A stretch of 64,000 nucleotides of DNA from Planctomycetota bacterium (GTDB lineage: Bacteria > Planctomycetota > UBA1135 > GCA-002686595): NCBI GenBank assembly GCA_044358925.1, contig JBIKNC010000001.1, forward strand, positions 5,797-69,796, written 5' to 3'. The position numbers and the translations under genes were made by a program. Positions 9,297 to 18,599 of the stretch are shown here, one piece after another. The notes under the pieces were generated by a model. The model had not been told where the DNA came from and made no database searches. It saw only the letters and a program-made list of their open reading frames with translations. Within the stretch, counting starts at the first letter, position 1. Each line of letters opens with the position of its first letter.

Positions 9297-10991
9297 TCAG
9301 GGCCGCGTCGGATCGAGCGCAGCGACGGCGCCCACCACGCCCGTCGCGAAGGCCGCGGTGACGAGCAGGATCACGGGCCACAGGTGCCCGTCGAGACGCT
9401 CTTCGTAGTCGACCCAGCACAGGTGCGCGAAGCCGCGATCGCGCGGCACGGCGACCGAGAACGAACCGGCGCCGGCGAACGCGAACACCTGCTGCGCGGG
9501 GAAGACGTCGGCCGGGAAGCCGCCCTGTTCGGCAGCCGTGCGATGGCGCACGACGCGCCATGCGAACCACGGCGCCGCGCTGTGCCAGTCGAACGCGACC
9601 GCGCGCGCGAACTCGCGCTCGCCGGGGGCCGGGCCGCTCGGCAGCAACTGCGGCGCGGCCTGCTCGACGACGGTGCGCCACGTGCCGCGCGAGACGACGA
9701 CGCCGCCGGCGTTCGCGAGGAGTCCGAGCGCGGCGAGCGCGACTCCCAGCGCGCGCCACTTCATGCGCGAGCGCACCTGGTCGTAGCCGACGACGACCGC
9801 GGGCCACGCGAACGCCAGTGCGGCACTCGCGCCGCGCGGTGCGAACTCGTCGAGGTTGCTCCACTCCCCGGTCGCGGCCGACGCGGCGAGCACGGCGAGC
9901 GGCGCGACGATCGTGAACGAGAGCAGCCGCAGCTCCTGCGCGAAGCGGATGACGCCGAACAGCGCGAAGAACGCGACAGGGGCGAGCCACACCAGCCCTT
10001 TGCCGGGCGACACGAAGAGCCCGAGGATCTCGTGCGGCCACTCTCCGAGCGGGCGCAGTGCTTCGAACGGCGTGAACGGTGCCGGTCCGGTGCGCACGAG
10101 GTGCCCCCACCACCACAGCGCGCCGATCGCGAGCATCGGCAGAACGAACCACGTCACGTCGGCGAGCGAACGTTTGCGACCGGCGCCGCCGCGCAGGAGC
10201 GGCATCGACCACAGGCGTTGACGGCCGCGCACGCTCATGCGCACGGCGCTCCAGGCCAGCACGAGCACGGCCGGGGACGTGAGCGGTTCACACGCCGCGA
10301 GCGCCGCGAGCAACGCGCCGAGCAACAACCAGTGCGGCACACTCGGCGCCGTGAGGCGATAGAAGCGCTCGCGCACGTGCAGCAACGCGACGAGTGCGGC
10401 GGACGCGAGGAGCGCCGCCGGTGCAGCCGCGCCGACGACGCTGACACTCGGCCACAGACACGTCGCGAACGCGAGCACGAGCGAACCGGTCAACGCCGTG
10501 CGCCGTCGTGCACCGAGGCGCAGCGCCGCGACACACACGAGGTAGACCGTCGCGGCGCCGTACAACGGCCCCTGCAGGCCCACGAACAGGTGCGCCCAGT
10601 ACTCGCTGCGCCCTTCCGCGAAGCCGGGCGACGTCGCGGCGTGGACGGCTTCGGTGCGCTCGAGCAAGCGCCCGAGGCGTGCTCCGACCCAGTGGAACGG
10701 CACACCGAGAGCGGCGACGAGCGGCTCGACGTTCGCGATCGCGCCGCCCTCGACGACCCGCACTTCGAAGCCCTCGGCGATCAGTGCCGCGCTCTCGGGC
10801 GTGTCGCCGCGCAGCAGGAGTCCGTCGCCGTGCGCCATGGCGCGCGTGGCCTGGTGCACGAGTTCGCCGCGGCGATCGCTGTCGCCGGGCGCGCCGCCGA
10901 AGAACAGCGCGTGGACGGCGAGCACGATCAGGAACGCCGACCGCGCGAGCAGTCTGTCCGCGTCTTCGAGCGACTTCGGGCGCACCGCCAT
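9297..10991 (-). CDS. Polytopic membrane protein, possible GT-C fold glycosyltransferase
   Basis: About 11-13 hydrophobic segments, large first loop, GLFVSPGKGLVWLAP motif. TACCCT box 8 nt before the ATG. Confidence 0.65.
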   Translation of the reverse strand: MAVRPKSLEDADRLLARSAFLIVLAVHALFFGGAPGDSDRRGELVHQATRAMAHGDGLLLRGDTPESAALIAEGFEVRVVEGGAIANVEPLVAALGVPFHWVGARLGRLLERTEAVHAATSPGFAEGRSEYWAHLFVGLQGPLYGAATVYLVCVAALRLGARRRTALTGSLVLAFATCLWPSVSVVGAAAPAALLASAALVALLHVRERFYRLTAPSVPHWLLLGALLAALAACEPLTSPAVLVLAWSAVRMSVRGRQRLWSMPLLRGGAGRKRSLADVTWFVLPMLAIGALWWWGHLVRTGPAPFTPFEALRPLGEWPHEILGLFVSPGKGLVWLAPVAFFALFGVIRFAQELRLLSFTIVAPLAVLAASAATGEWSNLDEFAPRGASAALAFAWPAVVVGYDQVRSRMKWRALGVALAALGLLANAGGVVVSRGTWRTVVEQAAPQLLPSGPAPGEREFARAVAFDWHSAAPWFAWRVVRHRTAAEQGGFPADVFPAQQVFAFAGAGSFSVAVPRDRGFAHLCWVDYEERLDGHLWPVILLVTAAFATGVVGAVAALDPTRP

Positions 10992-11072
10992 CGACGCCAA
11001 GGGTAGCGAGCGGGCGCTCGCGATCGTCAGCGCAGTTGGGGCGCAGTCACTGTGCGGCGCCGACGTCGCTCG

Positions 11073-13163
11073 TCAGCGCAGTTCTTCCGCGAGCGCAGCC
11101 GGCCACACGAACAGCGTCACTGCGCCGCAGGTGCGGACCGGCGCGCAGCCGAACTCGATCAGGCGGCGCTCGAGGTCGACGTTCGCGGCCGCGCGCGCCG
11201 CACTCCGTTGCGCCGGACCGATCACGAGCAGCACGGGCCGACCCAGCGCCTCGAGGTGCGAACGCGCCGCGCGACCGGGCCCCTCCTCGCCGAAGAACGA
11301 ATGCGCGACGAGTGTTCGTGCGACGTGTTCTTCTCCGTTGCCGCGCCAGGCCGCGTGCGGCCGATCCACGAACAGATCGAGCGCGGCGAGGTACGCGGCC
11401 TCGTGCATGCGGCCGTCGAACGTGAGCACCGCTCCGCCCGCCCAACGCACACCCGGGCGAGCGACGTCGACGAGCAACACCGGCCGCAGCGCTCGCACGC
11501 GTTCGTCGGTCGCGAGAAGGCGCCACGTGTCGGCCATGTCGGCCGCCTCCAGGGACTCGACGTCGATCGGCGGGCGCCAACCTGCATCGAAGACGTTCGG
11601 CGGCGGCGCGCCCGACCACGCCTGTGCGACGCGCTCCGGATCGTCGCGCCGCGGCGCGAGTTGCAAGACGCCCGCATCGACGACCGGCGCCGTGCCACGT
11701 CCGAGTTCGAGGCCGCGAGTGAGTGTCGGGTACGGACCGTGTGCGCTCAGGGCGAGAACGCCGGCCACCGCGACGGACGCGAACACGCCGAACTTGGAGC
11801 GGCGCACGAGCAGAGCGAGTGCCCCGACGCTCGCGAGCGTCGCGGGCAGCGCCAGCCAGCCGACGATGGTGTGAGCCGCAGCGCCGCGCCACCACGCGCC
11901 GACCGCGGCGACGAGTGCACTCGCGGCGACGAACTTCGCGAGTTCGACGGCGTGTGTGTTCGCGCGACCGGTGCGACGGGCGACGAAGACCAACACGAGC
12001 GCCGCTGCGAACCACGGCAGGGTCGCGAGCAGCGGCGCGGCGTCGAGCGCACGCGGCGGCGCGCCGCGCAGGTTGCCGAGCGACACGAGTGCGCCGGGCA
12101 GCGCGGCGACGACGAGCACGAGCACACGTTCGACCGCCGCGCGACTCGCACAGGCGGAGACGAGGGCCGCGGCGAGGAACGCTCCGCCGATCCACACGTC
12201 GGCGAGGAACGCAGCGGCGAAACACACCGCAGCGACCACGCGCCACGCGCTCGGTCGTGTGTGGTGCGCGCCGCCCGACAGGTGCGCGAAGAGGCCGATC
12301 AGTGCGAGCGCGACGCAGCTCGACTGATCGAGGAAGGCGATGCGTGCGCCGACGAGATCGCTCGTGGTGTCGACGAGGCGCAGGGCGCCGGCGGGCGCGC
12401 CGACCGCAGCGCACACACTCGCGACGGCGACGGCGCCGCGCGGGAAACACTTCGCGGCCAGATGCAGGAGTGCGAGCAGAGCGACGAACGCGGCCCAGGC
12501 CGATTCGCTCGCCGCGAGTGCGAACGGGCCGACGTCGAGCACTCGGCCCAGCGCCGCGCGGGCCTGCGCGAGGATCGGCGGCGCAGGCAACTCGGCGCCT
12601 GCTTGCCACGGTACGTCCGGCACGAGTTCGCGACCGGCTGCGAGTTCGAGCGCGAAACGCGGCGCGCCCCAGTCCGCGAACTCGAGCTTCGCGAAGTTCG
12701 GTCCGGCCCCGCTCCACACCCAGGCGGCGAATCCGGCCGCGAGGAGTGCGAACACGTGCACACTCGCGAACGCGAGTCCCGGCCGCTGCAACAGGACGCG
12801 CGCGCGCAACCCGACGAGAGCACACGCCGCCGCGACACACAGCGCCGCGCTGCGCGCGAGTTCGAGGCGCGGGTCGCCGAGGGCCGCGCGTGCGCCGAAG
12901 GCGAGCGCCGCGACGAGCGGGGGTGAGAGCGCGATCGAGAGCCAAGCGAGCTTGGCCAGTTCGACGGGCCCCGGACTCAGCGCGAGCAACGGGCCGCTCG
13001 CCGCGCCCAGCACCGCGATCACCGCCGCGCCGTCGCGCAGCGCGCCCGCCGGACCGAAGGCGGCGAAGAGCGCCGCGCACACGACGACCAGCACGAGCGG
13101 CCGCGCCGGTGCTGCGCCCGCAGGCGTGGGGCTCGTGCTCTCACCTTCGCGCTGCTCGTCCAC
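11073..13163 (-). CDS. Polytopic membrane protein with C-terminal soluble domain
   Basis: Many hydrophobic segments. PDVPWQAG.EL loop resembles DUF2298/GT-C-like proteins. TAACGT box 9 nt before the GTG. Confidence 0.55.
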   Translation of the reverse strand: MDEQREGESTSPTPAGAAPARPLVLVVVCAALFAAFGPAGALRDGAAVIAVLGAASGPLLALSPGPVELAKLAWLSIALSPPLVAALAFGARAALGDPRLELARSAALCVAAACALVGLRARVLLQRPGLAFASVHVFALLAAGFAAWVWSGAGPNFAKLEFADWGAPRFALELAAGRELVPDVPWQAGAELPAPPILAQARAALGRVLDVGPFALAASESAWAAFVALLALLHLAAKCFPRGAVAVASVCAAVGAPAGALRLVDTTSDLVGARIAFLDQSSCVALALIGLFAHLSGGAHHTRPSAWRVVAAVCFAAAFLADVWIGGAFLAAALVSACASRAAVERVLVLVVAALPGALVSLGNLRGAPPRALDAAPLLATLPWFAAALVLVFVARRTGRANTHAVELAKFVAASALVAAVGAWWRGAAAHTIVGWLALPATLASVGALALLVRRSKFGVFASVAVAGVLALSAHGPYPTLTRGLELGRGTAPVVDAGVLQLAPRRDDPERVAQAWSGAPPPNVFDAGWRPPIDVESLEAADMADTWRLLATDERVRALRPVLLVDVARPGVRWAGGAVLTFDGRMHEAAYLAALDLFVDRPHAAWRGNGEEHVARTLVAHSFFGEEGPGRAARSHLEALGRPVLLVIGPAQRSAARAAANVDLERRLIEFGCAPVRTCGAVTLFVWPAALAEELR

Positions 13164-13216
13164 GGGCTCGGCACGTTAGCGCGCGTCCGCAGAGCGGTCG
13201 CAGTAGCCTCTGCGAC

Positions 13217-15172
13217 GTGGAGCGCAGCGGCGACACCAACACGATCGGCTCCGCGAGTTCGGAGAGCGCCGGTGCGGCGAGCAGCGCTTCGGCAAGCAGC
13301 GCTTCGACGCGGCTCCCGTGGCTCGCGCTCGGCGTCGCGCTCGTGCTGCGCATCGTCATCGGCATCGACCTGTTCGCGAACGATCCGCTGACGCGCGCGC
13401 CGGTCTCGGACGCGCTGTACTACGACGCGTGGGCGCGCACCGCGGCGGCGGGCGAGGTCTGGCGGCCGGGCGAAGCGCACTGGATGCCGCCGCTCTATCC
13501 GTGGTTGCTCGGTGTCTGGTACGGCCTCTTTGGCGGAGCGCTCGGAGCGACGCTCGTGGTGCAAGCCGCCGTCGGCCTCGTGAACACGTGGCTGTTCGCG
13601 CTTCTCGCGCGGCGTGTCGTCGCGGGGCGCGCACTCACGTTCGCGGTCTGGGCCTGGGTGCTGTACGGGCCGCTCGTGTTGACCGAGAACCGGCTGCTGG
13701 CGGAGAACGCGGCGCTGCCGTTCGTGCTCGCGGGCCTCGTGTGCGGTGTGAACGTGCTCGAACGACTGCGCGTCAGCCGTCCGGCGCACCTCGTCGCCCT
13801 CGTCGCGGGCCTGTGTTTCGGACTGGCCGCACTCGCGCGTCCGAACCTCGTGATCGGACCCTTGGGTTTCGCGATCGGCGCCTGGATCGACCTCGTGCGC
13901 GCGCGCCGCGCCGGTGAGAGCGTCGCGGCCCCGCGTGTGTGTGCCGTCGTGCTCGCGCTCGCGGCGCTGGGTGCCGCGCTTCCGCTCGGAGCCGGGCTCG
14001 CGTCGAACCTCGCGCGCGCGGACGCGGCCGTGCTCGTGAGCGCGAACGGCGGCGTGAACTTCTGGCTCGGCAACAATCCGAGCGCGCGCGGCACGTTCGC
14101 CGCGCCCGGCCCACAGTGGGGCGACATCTTCGCGCAGCGCGAGGTCGCCTTCGCGGAGGCCGCGCGCGAACTCGGCACCGAACCCGGCGCGTTGAGCGAA
14201 CGCGACGTGTCGAGCCACTTCTTCGGCAAGGGCCTCGATTGGCTCGTCGCGCACCCCGTCGACGGAGCGCTCCTGTGGGCGAAGAAGGCCGCGGCCAGCC
14301 TGTCGTCGCACGAGTACGACGTGCAGGTCACCGAGGCCGCGGTGCGCGAGAGCGCGCGTTCGCTGTGGCTCGTGTGTCTGCCGTTCGGCGCCGTGCTGGC
14401 GTGCGCCGTGCTCTCTCGCGCGCGCGGCGTGCGCTGGTCGGGCGCGCTGATCGGTTGGATGGTCGCGGTCGAGTTCGCGGTGCTCCTGTACTTCTCGTAC
14501 TCGCGCTTCCGCCTGCCGTGGTACCCGGCGCTCGTGCCGTTCGCGGCGGTCGGCCTCGCGAGCCTGTTCGAGCGCGCGCAACGTCCGAAGATCGCGGTCG
14601 TCGTGGTGGCGTGTGTCGTCTGCGCGGCGAGCTTCGTTCCGACGGAAGGTGCGTACGGTCGCGCGTTGCGCGCCAATGCACTCGTGGACGCGGCGCGCGC
14701 GCTCGAGAGTCGCAGCGCCGATCCGAAGGTGCAGGAGCGCCGCGTGCACCTGCTCGAACGCGCCCTCGCGATCGAGCCGAACGACGCCAAGGCCCTGTCG
14801 GACCTGGCGCGCGTCGCACTCGCGCGCGGCGACGAGCGACGTGCGCTCGAGCTGCTCGAGCAGGCCAACCGCGTCGACTTCCCGCCGGTGCGGCTCGAAC
14901 TGGCGCAGTTGCTGTGGTCGGCGCGCGACTCGGCGGTGTACGACCCGCGGCGCGGCCGCGCACTCGTCACGGACTTCATCGCAGAGCGCGGCGCGAACGC
15001 CTGGGGCGCGCTCGAACTCGGGCTGGCACTGGGCGACGAGTTGCTGAGGCGCGCGCCGTTCGAACCCTCGGCGAAGGACGAGGCGCGCGCGCTCGTGGCG
15101 GCGCTCGCACTCGCGCAGCGCGGCGACCCGCGCTTCGACGAACTCGCCGCTCGGGTCGCAGCCTTGCGCTGA
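13217..15172 (+). CDS. ArnT/PMT (GT39-like) glycosyltransferase with C-terminal TPR-like repeats
   Basis: SDALYYDAWA, MPPLYPWLLG, ALARPN, NGGVNFWLGNNP, SRFRLP; TPR-like LERALAIEPNDAKA. TAGCCT box 7 nt before GTG 13217. Confidence 0.78.
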   Translation: MERSGDTNTIGSASSESAGAASSASASSASTRLPWLALGVALVLRIVIGIDLFANDPLTRAPVSDALYYDAWARTAAAGEVWRPGEAHWMPPLYPWLLGVWYGLFGGALGATLVVQAAVGLVNTWLFALLARRVVAGRALTFAVWAWVLYGPLVLTENRLLAENAALPFVLAGLVCGVNVLERLRVSRPAHLVALVAGLCFGLAALARPNLVIGPLGFAIGAWIDLVRARRAGESVAAPRVCAVVLALAALGAALPLGAGLASNLARADAAVLVSANGGVNFWLGNNPSARGTFAAPGPQWGDIFAQREVAFAEAARELGTEPGALSERDVSSHFFGKGLDWLVAHPVDGALLWAKKAAASLSSHEYDVQVTEAAVRESARSLWLVCLPFGAVLACAVLSRARGVRWSGALIGWMVAVEFAVLLYFSYSRFRLPWYPALVPFAAVGLASLFERAQRPKIAVVVVACVVCAASFVPTEGAYGRALRANALVDAARALESRSADPKVQERRVHLLERALAIEPNDAKALSDLARVALARGDERRALELLEQANRVDFPPVRLELAQLLWSARDSAVYDPRRGRALVTDFIAERGANAWGALELGLALGDELLRRAPFEPSAKDEARALVAALALAQRGDPRFDELAARVAALR

Positions 15173-15523
15173 TCAGGGCGTGGGTCGCGCGCGTGTGTTG
15201 CCCTGCAACCACGCGAGATAGGCCGCCCCCACCGACGCGACGTCGAGCGCCACGACTTCCGGGCACTCGTACGGGTGTTCGCGCGCCAGGAACGCCTCGA
15301 GCGCCGGCACGTTCTCCACCACCGTCTTCGCCACGAGCAGCACTTCGGCGTCCGCGTGCACGGTGTCCTGCCAGCGGTAGATGCTGGTGACGCCCGGAAC
15401 GAGGTTCACACACGCGGCGAGGCGCGCCTCGACCAGGCCGCGCGCGAGTCGCTCGGCCACGGCGGCGTCGGGCGCCGTCATCAGCACCACGCGGCAGTCG
15501 GAGGGGTTCGCGGGCGGCGGCAT
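15173..15523 (-). CDS. cutA: Divalent-cation tolerance protein CutA
   Basis: LVEARLAACVN, SIYRWQ, E..LVAKT, HPYECPE, YLAWL. Confidence 0.93.
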   Translation of the reverse strand: MPPPANPSDCRVVLMTAPDAAVAERLARGLVEARLAACVNLVPGVTSIYRWQDTVHADAEVLLVAKTVVENVPALEAFLAREHPYECPEVVALDVASVGAAYLAWLQGNTRARPTP

Positions 15524-15603
15524 GGCTCAGAAGGTACGCGAGCGGAACAGCGCACGGCGCGCCGAACGGAGCCGCTGCGTCGCTACCATCCCGCGCCACC
15601 GCC

Positions 15604-16518
15604 ATGGGGATCTTCGACAAGCTGGCCATCGCGTCTCTGCCCTACGTCCCGACGCCGATCATGCGGCGACTCTCGTCCCGGTACATCGCCGGTGAGCAGC
15701 TCGAGGACGCGTTGACGCGCCTCGACGCCTTGCAGAAGAGCGGTTTCCCGGGCGTGCTCGACATCCTCGGCGAAGCCATCGCCTCCGAGGCCGAAGCGCG
15801 CGGCGTTGCGGACGCCTACATCGCCGGCGCCGCGCGACTGCGCGAGCGGAAACTGAACTCGTACGTGTCGGTCAAACCGACGCACGTCGGACTCACGCGC
15901 TCCGAGGAACTGTGTTTCGAGCTGTACTCGAAGATCTGCGCGGCGCTCGAACCGCACGGACAGTTCGTGCGCGTCGAGATGGAGGACCATCCGACCACCG
16001 ACGGCACGCTGCGTGTCTTCCACCGCCTGCGCGCGCGCTTCGAGCGCGTCGGCATCGTGCTCCAGTCGCGCCTCTTCCGCACGCCCGACGACATCCGCGC
16101 GCTGCCGAATGTGCCGGTGAACGTGCGCATGGTGAAGGGCATCTACCTCGAGCCCGCCGCGATCGCCCACACGGACCCGGTCGCGATCCGCAAGGCCTAC
16201 GTCGAGTGCACGAAGCTCCTGCTCGCGCGCGGCGACACCATCTCGTTCGCCACGCACGACGAAGTGATGGCCGAGCAGTGCCTCGCCGAGGTGAAGCGCG
16301 TCGGCCGCGGCAAGGACGCCTACGAGTTCCAAGTCCTGATGGGCGTGCGCGAGCAACTGTGGGCCAAGTGGCGCGACGCCGGCCACCAGGTGCGTGTCTA
16401 CGTGCCGTTCGGAGCCGACTGGCGCGCCTACAGCCAGCGCCGCCTGCGCAAGAATCCGCAGATCTTCCGGCACGTCTTGAAGGACATGTTCGGGCTGGGC
16501 GAGCGCGTCGTGCGTTGA
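15604..16518 (+). CDS. Monofunctional proline dehydrogenase
   Basis: RYIAGE, DILGE, SVKPT..GL, EMED, VGIVLQS.L.RT, RMVKG.Y.EP, ATHD, YEFQ.LMG, RVYVPFG..W..Y..RRL..NP. Confidence 0.92.
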   Translation: MGIFDKLAIASLPYVPTPIMRRLSSRYIAGEQLEDALTRLDALQKSGFPGVLDILGEAIASEAEARGVADAYIAGAARLRERKLNSYVSVKPTHVGLTRSEELCFELYSKICAALEPHGQFVRVEMEDHPTTDGTLRVFHRLRARFERVGIVLQSRLFRTPDDIRALPNVPVNVRMVKGIYLEPAAIAHTDPVAIRKAYVECTKLLLARGDTISFATHDEVMAEQCLAEVKRVGRGKDAYEFQVLMGVREQLWAKWRDAGHQVRVYVPFGADWRAYSQRRLRKNPQIFRHVLKDMFGLGERVVR

Positions 16519-16565
16519 AGACGCCGAAGGCTTGAAGGCGTTCGCAAGCGGAAGTGCCAAGCAAC

Positions 16566-16713
16566 TCGCCGTTGCTGTGTTCCTTTGCGCTGACTTTGCG
16601 TCCTTTGCGTCCTTTGCGGTGAAGTGCAACGCCCGGGATCACGGGTCCGTTGCACGTCACCGCAAAGGACGCAAAGGACGCAAAGTCAAAGCAAAGGAAC
16701 ACAGCAAAGGCGA
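16566..16713. repeat. Long palindromic REP-like element, copy 2
   Basis: 66-nt arms (16566-16631 and 16648-16713) with 4 mismatches. Same TTTGCGTCC 9-mers and GTGCAAC..GTTGCAC core as copy 1. Lies between convergent genes. Confidence 0.9.
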
Positions 16714-16751
16714 TCGCTTTGATCGCTACACATCGTCGGCGCAGGAGAGCT

Positions 16752-17513
16752 TCAGCGTCCCACGCCGAGCCGCCGCGCCAAGAACTCGTCGAGCTTCGGC
16801 GTCTTCAAGATCTTCGCCTGCGTCGCCCGGAAGTCGTACTCGACGCGGTGCCACGTCACACGCGTCGGCTCGAGGATGCAGTAGCTCGCACGCGGGTCGC
16901 CGTCGCGCGGCTGGCCCACGGAGCCCGCGTTCACGAAGGCCTTCGATCCGGGCGGCAGCTCGAACGAGAACTCGGCGCGGCCCTGCAGACCGACCCAGCG
17001 CAAGGTCTCGTCGTGCAGACCGGGCTGGTGGGTGTGTCCGGCGACGGCGATCTCGTCGAAGAGCTCGAAGATCGCGGCCATCTTGTCGCGGTTGAGCAGC
17101 CCGTCGGTCGAGATCACGTACTCGCGCACCGGATCGCGCGGACTGCCGTGGCAGAAGAGGTAGCGCTCCTCGGTCTTCGTCAACGGCAGGTCGCGCAACC
17201 ACTCCCAGCGCGCGCGGCGCTTCGCACCCGTCCACCACTTCGGCCCCAGTCGTGCGCGGTGCACTTCGAGAGCGGAGCGCGCGAACGGATTGAAGTCGGC
17301 GGCGCCCGAGAAGAGGCCTTCGTCGTGGTTGCCGAGCAGGCTCCACTCGCAGTGCTCGCGCACGAAGTCGACGCAGAACTCCGGGTCCGGTCCGTAGCCG
17401 ACGATGTCGCCCAGGCAGACCAGTCGATCGAAGCCGCGCCGCTGCACGTCCGCCCACACGGCCTCGACGGCCTCGCGATTGGCGTGCAGATCGGAGACGA
17501 CCGCGATCTTCAT
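16752..17513 (-). CDS. Metallophosphoesterase family protein (YfcE/calcineurin-like)
   Basis: SDLHAN, LGDIVGYGP, GNHD, CHGSP, GHTH, NAGSVGQPRDGDPRASY. Confidence 0.9.
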   Translation of the reverse strand: MKIAVVSDLHANREAVEAVWADVQRRGFDRLVCLGDIVGYGPDPEFCVDFVREHCEWSLLGNHDEGLFSGAADFNPFARSALEVHRARLGPKWWTGAKRRARWEWLRDLPLTKTEERYLFCHGSPRDPVREYVISTDGLLNRDKMAAIFELFDEIAVAGHTHQPGLHDETLRWVGLQGRAEFSFELPPGSKAFVNAGSVGQPRDGDPRASYCILEPTRVTWHRVEYDFRATQAKILKTPKLDEFLARRLGVGR

Positions 17514-18553
17514 CGGGCGGTGCTCCGCGAACGCAGGGGCGGCGCGGCCGCGGGCGCCGGCGCGAGCTCTTCTTCGAGTCGCGCGAGCGCGTGTGCGAAC
17601 GGCCCGGGCAGCGTCGCGGCTGCGGCACGCGCGTGACCGCCCCCGCCGAGCCGCACGGCGAGCGCGTGCACTTGCGCCGGCGGCTTCGCGCGCAGTGAGA
17701 CCCGGCAGTTGCCGTCCGCGAGTTCGCGCAGGTGGAGCGCGACCTCGACCGGCCCGACCGAGCGCAGCACGTCGAGCACCGCGTCCGAGAGATTCTCGAT
17801 GCCGCCGAGTCCGAGTGCCGCCGGTTCGTCGACGAGCGCGACGCGGCCGCCGTCGAGGTAGCGAACGCGGGCGAGCAAGGCTCCGAGCGCTTGCGGGAAG
17901 CGCGGGTCGCGGTCCTGTGCGAAGCGGCGCTGAACGGCCTCGGTGCTCGCGCCCGCGGCGACACACGCGGCGCCGAGCGCGAGGACTTCGGCGTTCGTCG
18001 TGTCGTAGCGGAACGACCCGGTGTCGCTGACGATGGCGACGAGCAGGGCCTGCGCGATGGCCGCGTCGAACGCGATGCCGAGGGCGACGAGCGCGCGCGC
18101 CACGAGGACGCCGGTGGCCGCGGCGCTGTCGTCGTGGAACCAGTGGAGCTCCGCAGCAGCGCCGCGCTCCGCCTCACCAGGCGACGTCCGGCGATGGTGG
18201 TCGATCACGAGCCGCGGCGCCGCGGAGGCGCGCAGCAGTTCGGCGAGCGAGCCGGTGCGCTCGAGCTCACACAGGTCGAGCAGCACCACGAGATCGTGCT
18301 CGGGCAGTCGGCGGCCGCGGTGGAAGTCGAAGCCGCACGGCGGTTCGATCCAGCCGAAGGCGCGCCCCGCCGCGTCGGGATTGAGCACCGTCGGTCGCGC
18401 GCCGAGCACGGCGAGGCCGCGTGCGAGCGCCGCTTGTGAACCGAGCACGTCCGCGTCGGGCCGCTCGTGGCCGACGAGCAACGGACGACGCGCGCTGCGC
18501 AACCGATCGAGGGCGCGGCGCTGTTCGTCGGTCGGCTCTCGCGGAGGCCACAT
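17510..18553 (-). CDS. nrnA: DHH/DHHA1 phosphoesterase (NrnA-like oligoribonuclease / pAp phosphatase)
   Basis: GHERPDAD.LGS, IDHH, SDTGSF, RVSLR, GGGGH..AA. Confidence 0.8.
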   Translation of the reverse strand: MWPPREPTDEQRRALDRLRSARRPLLVGHERPDADVLGSQAALARGLAVLGARPTVLNPDAAGRAFGWIEPPCGFDFHRGRRLPEHDLVVLLDLCELERTGSLAELLRASAAPRLVIDHHRRTSPGEAERGAAAELHWFHDDSAAATGVLVARALVALGIAFDAAIAQALLVAIVSDTGSFRYDTTNAEVLALGAACVAAGASTEAVQRRFAQDRDPRFPQALGALLARVRYLDGGRVALVDEPAALGLGGIENLSDAVLDVLRSVGPVEVALHLRELADGNCRVSLRAKPPAQVHALAVRLGGGGHARAAAATLPGPFAHALARLEEELAPAPAAAPPLRSRSTAR

Positions 18554-18599
18554 GGCGGCACTCTACCAACCGAGTGCGGCGGTCCTCGGCCGGGCCGGG

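Noticed and set aside
11723-13216. N-terminal 498 aa of the 1149-aa ORF 11723-15172
   Set aside because: It overlaps the minus-strand membrane gene and reads as Arg-rich noise. The start at 13217 has a TAGCCT box.
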